From Pseudomonadota bacterium (GTDB lineage: Bacteria; Bdellovibrionota_C; UBA2361; OMII01): a stretch of 64,000 nt of DNA. Below the pieces are notes generated by a model, which worked only from the letters and a program-made list of their open reading frames with translations, was not told the origin of the DNA and ran no database searches. Both the position numbers and the translations under genes were made by a program. How positions within the stretch are numbered: position 1 is the first letter of the stretch; every line of letters begins with the position of its first letter. The stretch spans positions 262,299 through 326,298 of the forward strand of contig JAYPVM010000001.1 of NCBI GenBank assembly GCA_038134595.1. The letters run 5' to 3'. Positions 9,488-19,421 of this stretch are shown piece by piece.

Positions 9488-10522
9488 TTACTGCAAATCC
9501 TTTGAGTGTAGTCGCTCTAATAACAAAAGAGCCGGAGTGATAAGAGCCTGGAGCTGGTTTTCTTGGCCGTACCGTGCGCCGTCTCTGATGTCGAAAATTG
9601 GTTTAAAGGCGATTGACAAGTTGTCGCCTTTATCAGGATCCAAGAAGCGAAGAAGGAAGTCTACCGTTTGGTTGTCCTTTCCGATTAAGAGTGTGTCAAC
9701 CAGCTGACGACATGTTGAGTTTAAATGATCCGCAAATCGCGGGTTTAGATGTTCGGTTGGCATGAGGCCGGCGTTGAGGATGTAGTCTGCTAGTGCGCGC
9801 TCGATGTTCCAGATCTGTTTGTCGTAGGGCTCTAGCGCCGGTGTCTTCATAATGCTGTCAGTGTGATCTCTATTGTGCAAAACGGGCCTTGAGCCTTGAA
9901 GTAAACGCCGCCCTAATTCCCCCTCTCGACCAATTAGTTCAGGCTCATTTTTGTAGAACAAGAAGTGGCACGGCAAAACTTGTGTCTCCTCCACGTTATG
10001 AATGAGCCTTGTTAGAAAAATCCTATCGGCTTCAGTACTTACTTCGGTAAAGAAGGTCGGTGCGGCTTTAGTAAGATCGCCTGAGCGCTGTTCAAGCCAT
10101 TGGGTTGATAATTTATTGAACTCAAGTAAAGCTTGTAGATAAAAAGCGGGGTCTTTCATTTTGGGCGAGAGGACTATCATATCCACGTCGCTTCTGCCTC
10201 TGACAGCTCGATTGCCGTCGTTATAGGACCCTGCCACTCTGACAACACTGTGTTCGTCGTTATCTGCTAGAAACTTGGCGAAATCAGTTATTACTTTGAG
10301 TTCGAATTCTCGGAAAAGGGCTGAGCGGGCGTCGCTGATTCGCTGGATTTGCTCGGGGCTGATTGGAGTAACTGGTGAATCGGAAAGGGCGTTAATCGTT
10401 AGGTTTTGACTGGAATCGAGCTCCAAATTGATGAGCTCCAAATTGATGGGGTTGGACTGTGTCTGAACGGCCTCATCTCGTTTTATCGTTTCGGAGGAAG
10501 AAGCCGTGGGATCATTCAGCAT
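9488..10522 (-). CDS. Pol-beta superfamily nucleotidyltransferase-domain protein
   Basis: hG-S..DxD signature VRVAGSYNDG...SDVDMIVL followed by a helical C-terminal region; AGGA RBS. Confidence 0.7.
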   Translation of the reverse strand: MLNDPTASSSETIKRDEAVQTQSNPINLELINLELDSSQNLTINALSDSPVTPISPEQIQRISDARSALFREFELKVITDFAKFLADNDEHSVVRVAGSYNDGNRAVRGRSDVDMIVLSPKMKDPAFYLQALLEFNKLSTQWLEQRSGDLTKAAPTFFTEVSTEADRIFLTRLIHNVEETQVLPCHFLFYKNEPELIGREGELGRRLLQGSRPVLHNRDHTDSIMKTPALEPYDKQIWNIERALADYILNAGLMPTEHLNPRFADHLNSTCRQLVDTLLIGKDNQTVDFLLRFLDPDKGDNLSIAFKPIFDIRDGARYGQENQLQALITPALLLLERLHSKDLQ

Positions 10523-10525
10523 ATT

Positions 10526-10702
10526 GGTTCCTAGATTGATAAACTAAGGTACCACTAACTGCTTGTGTTATTTGTTGGACGCTAATCTAGCTCTTAACCA
10601 CCGCCTGGTTAACTAAGGAGCGAGCCCCTTACTAGACAGCTTATCCATGTTCCAGAAACCACCCAAAACCTACTGTTAAAAACAAATCACAATGGACAGC
10701 TG
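10526..10702 (-). promoter_or_regulatory. Structured RNA leader (long stem, three-way junction and RBS hairpin) upstream of the NTase gene
   Basis: Helices 10586-90/10632-36, 10594-600/10606-12, 10614-20/10625-31 and 10637-48/10692-702; two mismatches become G-U pairs only on the minus strand. Confidence 0.45.
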
Positions 10703-11337
10703 GTGAGTAACTGGTTCTTACATATACCCTTAATGTAAACCTTATTCAACGCCAAGAAGTGTTTTTTTGTATTAACTTGATTTATCCCAGATTGGTTAGT
10801 AGTGGGATGGTCTTATTAGGACAGTGAGACTGGTCTTTTTATTTGCCACACCCTTGGCGGAGCACGATTTTTCCCTAACGCTCTTAGGGTGTGTCGAGGA
10901 AGGGTCATGCTGAATTGACTGATAGTAACAGATTACAGCCTGACGGTACTTGTAGCGGTTGCGATGGAAGCGTATTCGACCGAATTTTGTGTGGAATGCA
11001 TGTGCGAAGGTGTCTTTGGGGGCCCAGAGGCCGCCTTTTCGCATTAATAACAATGATGCGCATGTCAGTAGGAGTTTTATGGAATGGTTTGCGACGGCAC
11101 AGCTATTGCCATAAGCTCTAAGGTAAGCGACGAGCTATGTTATTTGCTCTTTGTTAGTCAGGTGCGGGGTGTTAAAAACTACTTGACTGGGTGCTTTGCT
11201 GGTTGTGAACAGGAAGCTCTCTATTACGAGGTGGGAGGTCGTGGTCTTCATCGCTCGTCCAGCTCTTGTCCGTATGTTTTTGAGTGGCTGGTGTCTGTTC
11301 TAAGCGTGATTTTGCCATTCGGAGTAGCCCTAGACAG

Positions 11338-11808
11338 TTATGTTCTTATCGACTTAAAAAAGTTACGAAGAATGTTCTCGCATTCTATTTTTTTTATGCC
11401 TTGGATGACGCGCGGTGGTTTGCCTAGTCTTCGATCTTGGCTCAAGTCGTATAGCGAGCCAACAGCGCCTTGCTTTGAATCGCCGGCTCCAAAGACGAGA
11501 ATAGGTATGCGAGCAAGCCGAATCGCCCCGAGACACATAGTGCATGGCTCAAGCGTTACGCACAGTATGGTTTCGGTGAGTCGCCAGTTACCGAGGCTTT
11601 TAGAGGCCTCTTTAATGGCTAAAATCTCTGCATGATGGGTGGCGCAACCGTCCTCTTCGGTTCTGTTTCTCCCTCGACCTATTATTGCACCTTTATGGGC
11701 TATGACTGCGCCCACCGGTACTTCCCCGGCCTTAGCGGATTGCTCTGCTTCTTGAATCGCTTCAGTCATGAGCTCTTCAAGTAATGAATGAGTGATGGGA
11801 TAGTTCAA
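11338..11808 (-). CDS. tadA: tRNA adenosine(34) deaminase
   Basis: GEVPVGAV, HAEI, TLEPCTMCLGAI. Confidence 0.95.
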   Translation of the reverse strand: MNYPITHSLLEELMTEAIQEAEQSAKAGEVPVGAVIAHKGAIIGRGRNRTEEDGCATHHAEILAIKEASKSLGNWRLTETILCVTLEPCTMCLGAIRLARIPILVFGAGDSKQGAVGSLYDLSQDRRLGKPPRVIQGIKKIECENILRNFFKSIRT

Positions 11809-11855
11809 TGGAAGCCTACTCTTGCAAGAGTTTGTCGGAAGGAGCTAGAAAAAAA

Positions 11856-11949
11856 TGGCGGAGAGTGGGGGATTCGAACCCCCGATACAGCTTTTGGGCC
11901 GTATAACGGTTTAGCAAACCGCCGCCTTCAGCCACTCGGCCAACTCTCC
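11856..11949 (-). tRNA. tRNA-Ser(GCT)
   Basis: Cloverleaf with GCGGT-TT-GCT-AA-ACCGT, long variable arm, 3' CCA. Confidence 0.97.
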
Positions 11950-12017
11950 GCAACCAGATGGCTCTTAATAGTCATCTGGTTTTGATAGAACATGCCTTTC
12001 CTTTATGAAAAAGCAAC

Positions 12018-12094
12018 TGGCGCGCTCTGGAGGATTCGAACCACCGACCTTCTGATTCGTAGTCAGATGCTCTATCCAGCTGAGCTAAGAGCGC
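12018..12094 (-). tRNA. tRNA-Arg(ACG)
   Basis: GCGCTCTTAGCTCAGCTGGATAGAGCATCTGACTACGAATCAGAAGGTCGGTGGTTCGAATCCTCCAGAGCGCGCCA. Confidence 0.97.
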
Positions 12095-12280
12095 GCAGGA
12101 TGGCAAGGGTATCAAATCCACCGAGATTCGCAAGGCAAACGAAAGCGATATGGTGAAAGATTACTGGATATTGGAGTCGGGTTTAAGGCGGGGTGTGTGA
12201 AAAGCTGTTCTTTTGACGAGATTTCTACCTAAGCCATTGATTGTTAGTGGATATTTGGGATACCCTACCGGCTCAAGAGC

Positions 12281-12370
12281 GGAAGGGTGGCCGAGTGGTT
12301 GAAGGCGCCGGTCTTGAAAACCGGAATACCGGAAACGGTATCGGGGGTTCGAATCCCTTCCCTTCCGCCA
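12281..12370 (+). tRNA. tRNA-Ser(TGA)
   Basis: CCGGT-CT-TGA-AA-ACCGG anticodon arm, long variable arm, 3' CCA. Confidence 0.97.
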
Positions 12371-12413
12371 TTTTCAATACAAAGGTGAGCATTAGTTTCA
12401 CATTTGCCCGTAT

Positions 12414-12501
12414 GGAGAGGTGGCCGAGTGGCTGAAGGCGCACGCTTGGAAAGCGTGTATAGGCTAAACCCCTATCGGGGGTTCGAATCCCCCTCTCTCC
12501 G
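12414..12501 (+). tRNA. tRNA-Ser(GGA), CCA not encoded
   Basis: CACGC-TT-GGA-AA-GCGTG anticodon arm, T-loop GGTTCGAATCC; ends CTCTCCG followed by TAT. Confidence 0.95.
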
Positions 12502-12503
12502 TA

Positions 12504-12603
12504 TCTTTGGCATCTTCACCGGGCGGCGAAGATCGCGTTTGCGTCTTAGTCTTTGGCATCTTCACCTGGCCGCAAAGATCGCGTGCGGTGTCTTTGGCGT
12601 CTT
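12504..12603. repeat. Degenerate tandem repeat, 2 full units plus 1 partial (41-46 bp)
   Basis: TCTTTGGCATCTTCACC..GC..AAGATCGCGT at 12504 and 12550; TCTTTGGCGTCTT at 12591. Confidence 0.8.
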
Positions 12604-12624
12604 TTCCTGATTTTAAGATAGCTT

Positions 12625-13482
12625 CTAAGACTCGACTATGCGGTAGGCTTTCGATCCTCTGGTAAGCACTAGCCCAACAAGAAAGCCACATGCAGCGCCG
12701 CCAATATGAGCTGTAGAGCTTACTTGAGGAACTGATAGATCGAAGATTGCTTGCAATGCGATGATTTGAGTCATTGCCGCTAGCTGTGCTTTTGCAATCA
12801 TGCTTCCCGTGCGTCGATACGCTAGGAGTGAGGTGGCGGCTTGAAGGCCGACCATGCCCAACACGCTTGCTGATGCTCCAAGTAGTATCATGGGGTTTCC
12901 CATATTCGTTACAAAGTTTGCTAGCCATGCGATGGTCATTCCGCCAGCACCACACAGAAGATATGAAACGATGTAGCGATTTGAGCCTAGTGTTCTCTCT
13001 ACAGTTCGCCCCAAGAACCAAAGCCCAAGCATATTCAGTGCTAGGTGTGCTACGCCCCAGTGGATAAACTGAGCTGTGAGCAATCTCCACCACTGACCAG
13101 CCTCTATAAGTGGAGAATAGAGAGCGCCTACTCTAATCAAGTTAACTGGATTGTCGATCGCGTCTTGTGAGATCTGGTATGCAAAGAAGAGCGCGTTGAT
13201 AGCGATAATTGCGATCGTTATCGGTGTCCCCGAGGAGGTGTCTATCTGTCGTAAAGAACGTGTTCGAAGTCGCAACACTACGTGGTATGCTACGAGCACT
13301 CCGATAGCGATATAGCCGCAATTATTTGGAGCGAGGGCGAATGCTAGGCCGCATGCAGTCAGGGCGCCTAGGTTGAGCTTGATGATCCAGCGGGGTAGTT
13401 GCGACCGAAACCTGAGGATGTTGTAGAGATCTCCACCCAAATTGAGAAAGGCTATTAGAGTTAGAACATAGTTAATATCCAT
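12625..13482 (-). CDS. Rhomboid family intramembrane serine protease
   Basis: WWRLLTAQFIH..HLALNM, GASA (catalytic Ser), AHIGG. Confidence 0.92.
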   Translation of the reverse strand: MDINYVLTLIAFLNLGGDLYNILRFRSQLPRWIIKLNLGALTACGLAFALAPNNCGYIAIGVLVAYHVVLRLRTRSLRQIDTSSGTPITIAIIAINALFFAYQISQDAIDNPVNLIRVGALYSPLIEAGQWWRLLTAQFIHWGVAHLALNMLGLWFLGRTVERTLGSNRYIVSYLLCGAGGMTIAWLANFVTNMGNPMILLGASASVLGMVGLQAATSLLAYRRTGSMIAKAQLAAMTQIIALQAIFDLSVPQVSSTAHIGGAACGFLVGLVLTRGSKAYRIVES

Positions 13483-13754
13483 AGGGGGTACGCTATCTGC
13501 ATAGTAAAGAAGTCACAAGGGCTTCGTGAACTGGTTTAGGTATTGGAGGATGGTGACGATATAACGTTGGACTAAATCTGGCCATCGAAGAAACAGACGG
13601 TTTTTAGATACTGTTAAGTCACTAGGAATGTTAGTGTAATGTGACGGCGATAAAAATTTACTGAACGTGGCTGTAGGCTTGCTACGGTTTGATTGGCGAT
13701 TGGTTAATGGGGGTGCCTCGCGGGGAGTAATTTAGAACAGGGTATAAAAAAAGT

Positions 13755-16472
13755 ATGACACACAACTTATTTAACACACGACGGGAGTTTCAAACTGGAG
13801 CTGGAAATTCTGCAAGTTTTTACTCTATTCCAGCGCTCAAAGAGGCTGGATTCTCGCAGATTGACAGGCTTCCTGTCTCTATTCGAATTGTTTTGGAGTC
13901 TGTGCTTAGAAATTGCGATGGGGTTCGGGTTGAAGAGGGCTCTGTGCGTGAATTAGCTCAGTGGGATGCGACAGCAGAGCGATCTAAAGAGGTTCCCTTT
14001 GTTGTTTCGCGGGTGCTTTTACAGGACTTTACCGGAGTGCCCCTCGGTGTGGACTTAGCGGCCATGCGCGCTGCGGCAAAGGCAGTGGGAAAAGATCCAT
14101 CGGTGGTGGAGCCGTTGGTTCCTGTTGATTTAGTCATCGACCACTCTGTTCAGGTAGACTTCTCGCATAGAAATGATGCCTTGCAGCTAAACATGCAGAC
14201 CGAGTTCGATAGGAACAATGCTCGGTATGAGTTTCTCAAGTGGTGCAAGCAGGCGTTTAATTCTTTTAGCGTTGTGCCACCAGGATTTGGTATTTGCCAT
14301 CAAGTAAACCTCGAATATCTAGCGAAGGGAGTGTGCGAGCGTGAAGGTGTGTACTACCCCGATACTCTAGTGGGCACCGATTCGCACACAACGATGATCA
14401 ATGGCCTTGGTGTTGTTGGATGGGGTGTGGGAGGCATCGAGGCCGAGGCTGCAATGTTAGGACAGCCTGTGTATTTTCTTACGCCAGATGTTGTTGGGTT
14501 TCATATGCACGGGGAACTCGCTCCGGGTGTAACGGCGACTGATCTCGTTTTGCATGTTACAAACGTTCTGAGGCAGGCGAAGGTCGTTGGAAAGTTTGTA
14601 GAGTTTTTCGGCGAAGGAGCGAAGAAGCTTTCGGTCACTGATAGGGCAACAATCGCCAATATGGCGCCTGAATACGGGGCTACTATGGGATTTTTCCCGG
14701 TAGATGAGAGAACGTGCGAGTATTTGCTTGCTACAGGGCGTTCGCAGGAGCACGTCGATACATTTAGAAATTACTACACTGCACAAGGGCTTTTTGGAAT
14801 TCCTAGTAAGGGATCGTGTGATTACTCACAGGTAATCGATCTCGATTTGTCTAGCGTCCGCCCAAGCATTGCAGGGCCAAAGCGGCCACAGGATAAAATT
14901 GAATTGCCAGACGTACAGAGCACCTTTGAGTCGTTGTGCTTGAAGCCGATAGGGGAGGGAGGTTTTGGAAAGCAAGAAGAAGACTTGCAGAGCGAGTATA
15001 CGGTGTCGGTACCAAAGGGTGGCGTTGGTAGTGTCGATGGGGATGGCGTTGATGTAGCAGTGAAGCACGGAGAGGTGTTTATCGCAGCTATTACGTCGTG
15101 TACGAACACTTCAAATCCAAGTGTTATGCTAGCCGCAGGTTTGCTAGCAAAGAAGGCTGTTGAACGGGGCTTGTCAGTTAAGCCGTTTGTAAAGACCTCT
15201 CTTGCACCGGGCTCCCGAGTTGTGTCCGAGTATTTGAGCAAAACGGGCTTGCAGATATTTCTTGATGCACTTGGCTTTCAAGTAGTGGGATATGGATGTA
15301 CAACGTGCATCGGTAATTCGGGACCGCTTGATACGCACGTGGAGGAGTGCATCATCTCTAATGACTTAATCGGTTGCTCGGTTCTCTCTGGAAATCGAAA
15401 CTTTGAAGCAAGGGTACATCAGAATATAAAGGCGAACTTTTTGATGAGTCCTCCTCTGGTAGTTGCATACGCTTTAGCAGGAAGCGTTCGCGTTGATTTT
15501 GAGAGGGATCCCGTGGGTGTTGATAAGGATGGCAATGATGTGTTTCTCAAAGATATATGGCCTACGAGCCAGGAGATTGCAGCGTTGGTTCCAGCGGCTT
15601 TCGATGCCGAGATGTACAAGGATCTATACGGGGACGTTGGAGCAAAAAATCCACTCTGGGACTCGATAGCCTCAAAAGAGGGTATTGTCTACCAGTGGGA
15701 TGCAACATCAACGTACATTCAGGAACCGCCGTATTTTAAGGGATTTGGTGAAACTCCACCGTCTCCCGAGGGGATTACAGGGGCGCGAGCGCTTGCAGTG
15801 TTTGGAGATTCCGTGACTACAGATCACATTAGCCCAGCGGGAGCGATTAAAAAAGATTCGCCAGCAGGAGCGTATCTTATCTCGCGAGGTGTGGCACCGA
15901 AGGATTTTAACAGCTACGGAGCGCGTCGCGGTTCACACGATGTGATGGTTCGAGGAACTTTTGCGAATGTGCGGATTAAGAATCGGATGGTTCCAGGAGT
16001 TGAGGGAGGAGTAACGGTGCATCAACCTAGTGGTGAGCAGATGACTATCTATGATGCGTCGTGTCGATATCAAGAGACAAAAACTCCGCTTGTTGTGATA
16101 GCTGGGCAGGAGTACGGCACAGGTAGTTCCCGAGACTGGGCGGCGAAGGGAACAAAGCTTTTGGGGGTGCGGGCTGTTATTGCGCAAAGTTTCGAGAGGA
16201 TTCATAGGAGTAATCTAATCGGTATGGGAGTTTTGCCGTGTCAGTTTAAGGATGGTGATTCAGCTGATACTATAGGCATAACTGGAGTTGAGGAGTTTTC
16301 GCTGATTGGGATAGAAGACGGACTCACACCGGGGCAGGATGTCACACTTCGCATCACGAGGACTGATGGAACAAGCACTGATGTCGTCGTAACGCTTCGA
16401 GTTGATACCTCTGTAGAAGTTGAATACTTTAACCATGGAGGGATTTTGCCGTATGTGTTGCGCTCTTTGTAG
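13755..16472 (+). CDS. acnA: Aconitate hydratase A
   Basis: [54 protein letters not shown]. Confidence 0.98.
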   Translation: MTHNLFNTRREFQTGAGNSASFYSIPALKEAGFSQIDRLPVSIRIVLESVLRNCDGVRVEEGSVRELAQWDATAERSKEVPFVVSRVLLQDFTGVPLGVDLAAMRAAAKAVGKDPSVVEPLVPVDLVIDHSVQVDFSHRNDALQLNMQTEFDRNNARYEFLKWCKQAFNSFSVVPPGFGICHQVNLEYLAKGVCEREGVYYPDTLVGTDSHTTMINGLGVVGWGVGGIEAEAAMLGQPVYFLTPDVVGFHMHGELAPGVTATDLVLHVTNVLRQAKVVGKFVEFFGEGAKKLSVTDRATIANMAPEYGATMGFFPVDERTCEYLLATGRSQEHVDTFRNYYTAQGLFGIPSKGSCDYSQVIDLDLSSVRPSIAGPKRPQDKIELPDVQSTFESLCLKPIGEGGFGKQEEDLQSEYTVSVPKGGVGSVDGDGVDVAVKHGEVFIAAITSCTNTSNPSVMLAAGLLAKKAVERGLSVKPFVKTSLAPGSRVVSEYLSKTGLQIFLDALGFQVVGYGCTTCIGNSGPLDTHVEECIISNDLIGCSVLSGNRNFEARVHQNIKANFLMSPPLVVAYALAGSVRVDFERDPVGVDKDGNDVFLKDIWPTSQEIAALVPAAFDAEMYKDLYGDVGAKNPLWDSIASKEGIVYQWDATSTYIQEPPYFKGFGETPPSPEGITGARALAVFGDSVTTDHISPAGAIKKDSPAGAYLISRGVAPKDFNSYGARRGSHDVMVRGTFANVRIKNRMVPGVEGGVTVHQPSGEQMTIYDASCRYQETKTPLVVIAGQEYGTGSSRDWAAKGTKLLGVRAVIAQSFERIHRSNLIGMGVLPCQFKDGDSADTIGITGVEEFSLIGIEDGLTPGQDVTLRITRTDGTSTDVVVTLRVDTSVEVEYFNHGGILPYVLRSL

Positions 16473-16553
16473 TGCGAGATTTGTTTCGTTGAACGTGGTG
16501 CTACCTGCGTGGTAGCCTTGCTAAAGGTAGAGAGAAATATCGGAGAGGTGTTT

Positions 16554-17129
16554 ATGAAAAAGTTTTCGTGTGTATTGTTTGCTACTGCCCTTCTAGCTGC
16601 AGGATTTTTTATGGGAGCTAGTGGAGTTAATGATTTGCTAATCGAGCAAGCGCATGCTGATTCAGCAGGTAAGAAAGTGCCGATGTATCTCATCACTGCA
16701 GAAGGACAGGGCAGAAAAATCGGGGCTATAGTTCTTAAAGACAGCTCGCAAGGGCTTGTTGTGCAACCTAGAATTATCGGGCTTACCCCGGGAGAGCATG
16801 GGTTTCACGTTCACGAAAACCCAGATTGTAGTCCCAAGAAAAAAGATGGGAAGATGGTCGCGGGCTTGGCAGCAGGCTCACACTACGACCCACACAGTAC
16901 GAGCTCTCATAAGGGCCCGCATGGGGGCGGTCATTTAGGAGATCTACCGAAGCTTGTCGCTGATGAGTTGGGCGCTGTAGTTGATGCTGTGACGATTGCG
17001 GGTGTCACTGTTTCTGATGTCTCCAATCGAAGTCTTATGATTCATGCTGGTGGAGATAATTACTCAGACAGCCCCAATCCTCTAGGTGGTGGAGGAGCTC
17101 GAGTTGCTTGCGGGGTCATTCCGAAATAG
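16554..17129 (+). CDS. sodC: Periplasmic Cu/Zn superoxide dismutase
   Basis: Signal peptide; HGFHVH, GSHYDP, HLGDLP, MIHAGGDNYSD, GARVACG. Confidence 0.95.
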   Translation: MKKFSCVLFATALLAAGFFMGASGVNDLLIEQAHADSAGKKVPMYLITAEGQGRKIGAIVLKDSSQGLVVQPRIIGLTPGEHGFHVHENPDCSPKKKDGKMVAGLAAGSHYDPHSTSSHKGPHGGGHLGDLPKLVADELGAVVDAVTIAGVTVSDVSNRSLMIHAGGDNYSDSPNPLGGGGARVACGVIPK

Positions 17130-17198
17130 TTAAGCGGATTATACCGCCTTTTACCTTTTATTGCGTGGATAAAGCTCACGAAGAGTACGCTGGCTTTC

Positions 17199-17669
17199 AT
17201 GAAGATTCGCATAATCAGTGTTGGTAAGGTTCGCCAGAGTTTTGTGAAAGACGGTGAGGCGGAGTATCTGAAGCGAATAAAGGGTAGTGGGCTACATGTT
17301 ACTCTTGAAGAGCTAGGATTGGACGGGTCGCAATCGCTCAAGCCGGAGGAGGTTCAGGAGCGAGAGGGACAGGAGCTTCTAAAGCGCCTAAAGCCTGGCG
17401 AGCTTCTTGTAGTGCTTGATGAGCGGGGAAGGAGCCTATCATCGAAGCAGTTTGCAAACGTAGTAGAAGGCTGGATGCGAAGTGGCACCAAAACAGTCGT
17501 GTTTGTTATTGGAGGGGCATATGGGTTCTCTGAAAACGTTCGGCAGTCGGCAGATTATGTCTTGTCTTTGTCAGCGATGACACTCCCACATCAGCTAACA
17601 CGTCTGGTTCTTGTTGAGCAGATCTATAGGGCGCAGACGCTTGTGCAAGGAGTGGGGTATCATAAGTGA
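17199..17669 (+). CDS. rlmH: 23S rRNA pseudouridine-1915 N3-methyltransferase
   Basis: SVGK, LDERG, FVIGGAYG, TLPHQLTRLVLVEQIYRA..GYHK. Confidence 0.95.
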   Translation: MKIRIISVGKVRQSFVKDGEAEYLKRIKGSGLHVTLEELGLDGSQSLKPEEVQEREGQELLKRLKPGELLVVLDERGRSLSSKQFANVVEGWMRSGTKTVVFVIGGAYGFSENVRQSADYVLSLSAMTLPHQLTRLVLVEQIYRAQTLVQGVGYHK

Positions 17670-17967
17670 CAAAAAGGTTAGATGTATCCTTGTAAATCTG
17701 GGAAGAGAATTTAAGTCGTTAGGCGGTAGGACGATTCCTATAATAAATTTAAATGTAGGGTGTTTGCCATCGGTAGAACGCACGGCCCCCCCTCCCTCTC
17801 TTTCTCTCTGAAAACGTTAGACAATTGGGAGCCTACGATTTATCGTTGTCGATGTAACGAGGCTATACGGACTAATATATCCCGAGAGGATTTCTAAGAC
17901 GATTCGGATGTTTTTGCCATAAAAGAGTAATTACTTTGCGAGATCTTGATACGGCTAAGCGATTAGA

Positions 17968-18471
17968 GTGGGAGTTATCACAGTGGGAGCGATAAAGAAG
18001 TTTACAAAGAGGGGCTTGCGTTCGATCGTTGGGGGTAGAAGCCCTGTTCGAGTAGTAGAGGAGCTCATTGTTCGTAAGGGATTTGATCCTGATGCGTGCA
18101 AGACTGAGGATGAGAGCGGATCTGTTCGGTGGATGTTTGCGGTGCGCGATGCTTGTGAGCTTGAGATTTTGATCGAGGGTAAAGACTCTAAGGAGGATGC
18201 GACCGTTTATCTAGGCCTAAACGTTTTGACTGTGCCGATTCGGGGTGCCGGTGATGTATTGGCGGCGGCGCTTGAGGTAGCGGATGGTCTCATCGGTGTT
18301 AAAGTTAGCCTGGTCGGACACTATTTAGTTTTGAGCGCTGGTCTTAGTGCGCAGGGCATTACCGTTGAAGATTTGGAGTACCACGTGAGGTTAATAGAGG
18401 CGCAAGAGAGTTGGTTTCGTGATGCGGTTGCTTCAAATTTAGGCTGGGATGTCGCTGGTGATGGAGAGTAG
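17968..18471 (+). CDS. Hypothetical protein, possibly YbjN / type III chaperone-like fold
   Basis: 167-aa acidic ORF with a helix-strands-helix-strands-helix pattern. Confidence 0.55.
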   Translation: MGVITVGAIKKFTKRGLRSIVGGRSPVRVVEELIVRKGFDPDACKTEDESGSVRWMFAVRDACELEILIEGKDSKEDATVYLGLNVLTVPIRGAGDVLAAALEVADGLIGVKVSLVGHYLVLSAGLSAQGITVEDLEYHVRLIEAQESWFRDAVASNLGWDVAGDGE

Positions 18472-18486
18472 CCTTTTTTGTACTCT

Positions 18487-18927
18487 TTATCTCGCAAGTG
18501 ATTCTTGAGGTTTCTCAGCTATGATGTCACTAAAGTTAGATAAGACATCACCTTTAAAGGCGGCAACGGAGACAAACAGAGGCGCTGTGTCTTTGATGTT
18601 TCGGATGGTGTATCTATAGACTGGGCCGTAGCTTTCATCTCTTTCCTCGCGCAATTCTGAGAGAAATATCGTTGTCTCTTGAGAGAGGTTGTTCTTGTCG
18701 TTTCCGTAACGAATCACGAAGCCATCGACCGGTTCTGCAGGCACTTCCCAGGTCACTTCCAAGCCAATAGATTTTTTTGTGATAAGTGGCGTATCGGGGA
18801 TTAGGTCTCCCCGTTTTGAAGTATGGGATTTTTGAGAGGGGCTTGAGAATATAGAACAGGCACATAGGCTCGAAAGAGCGATGGCTAGAAGCAGACTGGA
18901 TAAGCGGTAGTGTTGTATGTTTTTCAT
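18487..18927 (-). CDS. Putative lipoprotein with a fibronectin type III-like domain
   Basis: Hydrophobic signal with Cys (LCAC); VTWEVP..VDGFVIRYG..YTIRNI..VSVAAF..SNFS. Confidence 0.7.
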   Translation of the reverse strand: MKNIQHYRLSSLLLAIALSSLCACSIFSSPSQKSHTSKRGDLIPDTPLITKKSIGLEVTWEVPAEPVDGFVIRYGNDKNNLSQETTIFLSELREERDESYGPVYRYTIRNIKDTAPLFVSVAAFKGDVLSNFSDIIAEKPQESLAR

Positions 18928-19007
18928 AATTTGTTGCTTTATAGATTGATCTATCCCCAGTGTATTGGGAGCGCTTGCGACATTCAAGGGGGAGTTTTAG
19001 AGCAGGG

Positions 19008-19421
19008 CTAGCGAATGACGACTGGGGTTCGCTTGCAACCCAACATGCCGCCTTGCCTACTATCCCAGCGACAAACAGACGAGCTGTTTACATGGTGGGC
19101 ACTTCCTTGAAAACCATCGGGATATGCTTCTATATTCAAGACGATTCCTTTTGATAGTTGGCTAACCCCGGGTAGGCCCTTTATTTTGCAGTGCTCTTCT
19201 TCTTTAATTTTGTCGCAATGAGATATTTCTACGAATGATTGATTGCCATCGAAAAACCGCTGTTGGGCGGCTGCGATGTTTCTTAGGTCGTTGGTTGCCG
19301 CGGTATTGTACCCTTTCTGCTTGTAGATGGAGTATTGTGGAATGGCGATAAGGGCTAGGATGCCGAAAATAGCTCCGACTACTAAAAATTCAATGACCGA
19401 AAACCCTCGTTCTGCTTTCAT
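19008..19421 (-). CDS. Type IV pilin (prepilin N-methylation motif)
   Basis: G|FSVIEFLVVGAIFGILALIAIPQY. Confidence 0.92.
   Translation of the reverse strand: MKAERGFSVIEFLVVGAIFGILALIAIPQYSIYKQKGYNTAATNDLRNIAAAQQRFFDGNQSFVEISHCDKIKEEEHCKIKGLPGVSQLSKGIVLNIEAYPDGFQGSAHHVNSSSVCRWDSRQGGMLGCKRTPVVIR

Noticed and set aside
10418..10447. 15-bp direct duplication GAGCTCCAAATTGAT x2
   Set aside because: In-frame slippage (INLEL x2) in the low-complexity N-terminus of the NTase; no wider pattern.
10796..11635. ORFs 10796-11053, 10891-11121 and 11084-11635
   Set aside because: No motifs; the longest is partly antisense to tadA.
12504..12603. Mini CRISPR array
   Set aside because: The similarity extends through the would-be spacers, there are fewer than three full units, and no cas genes are present.
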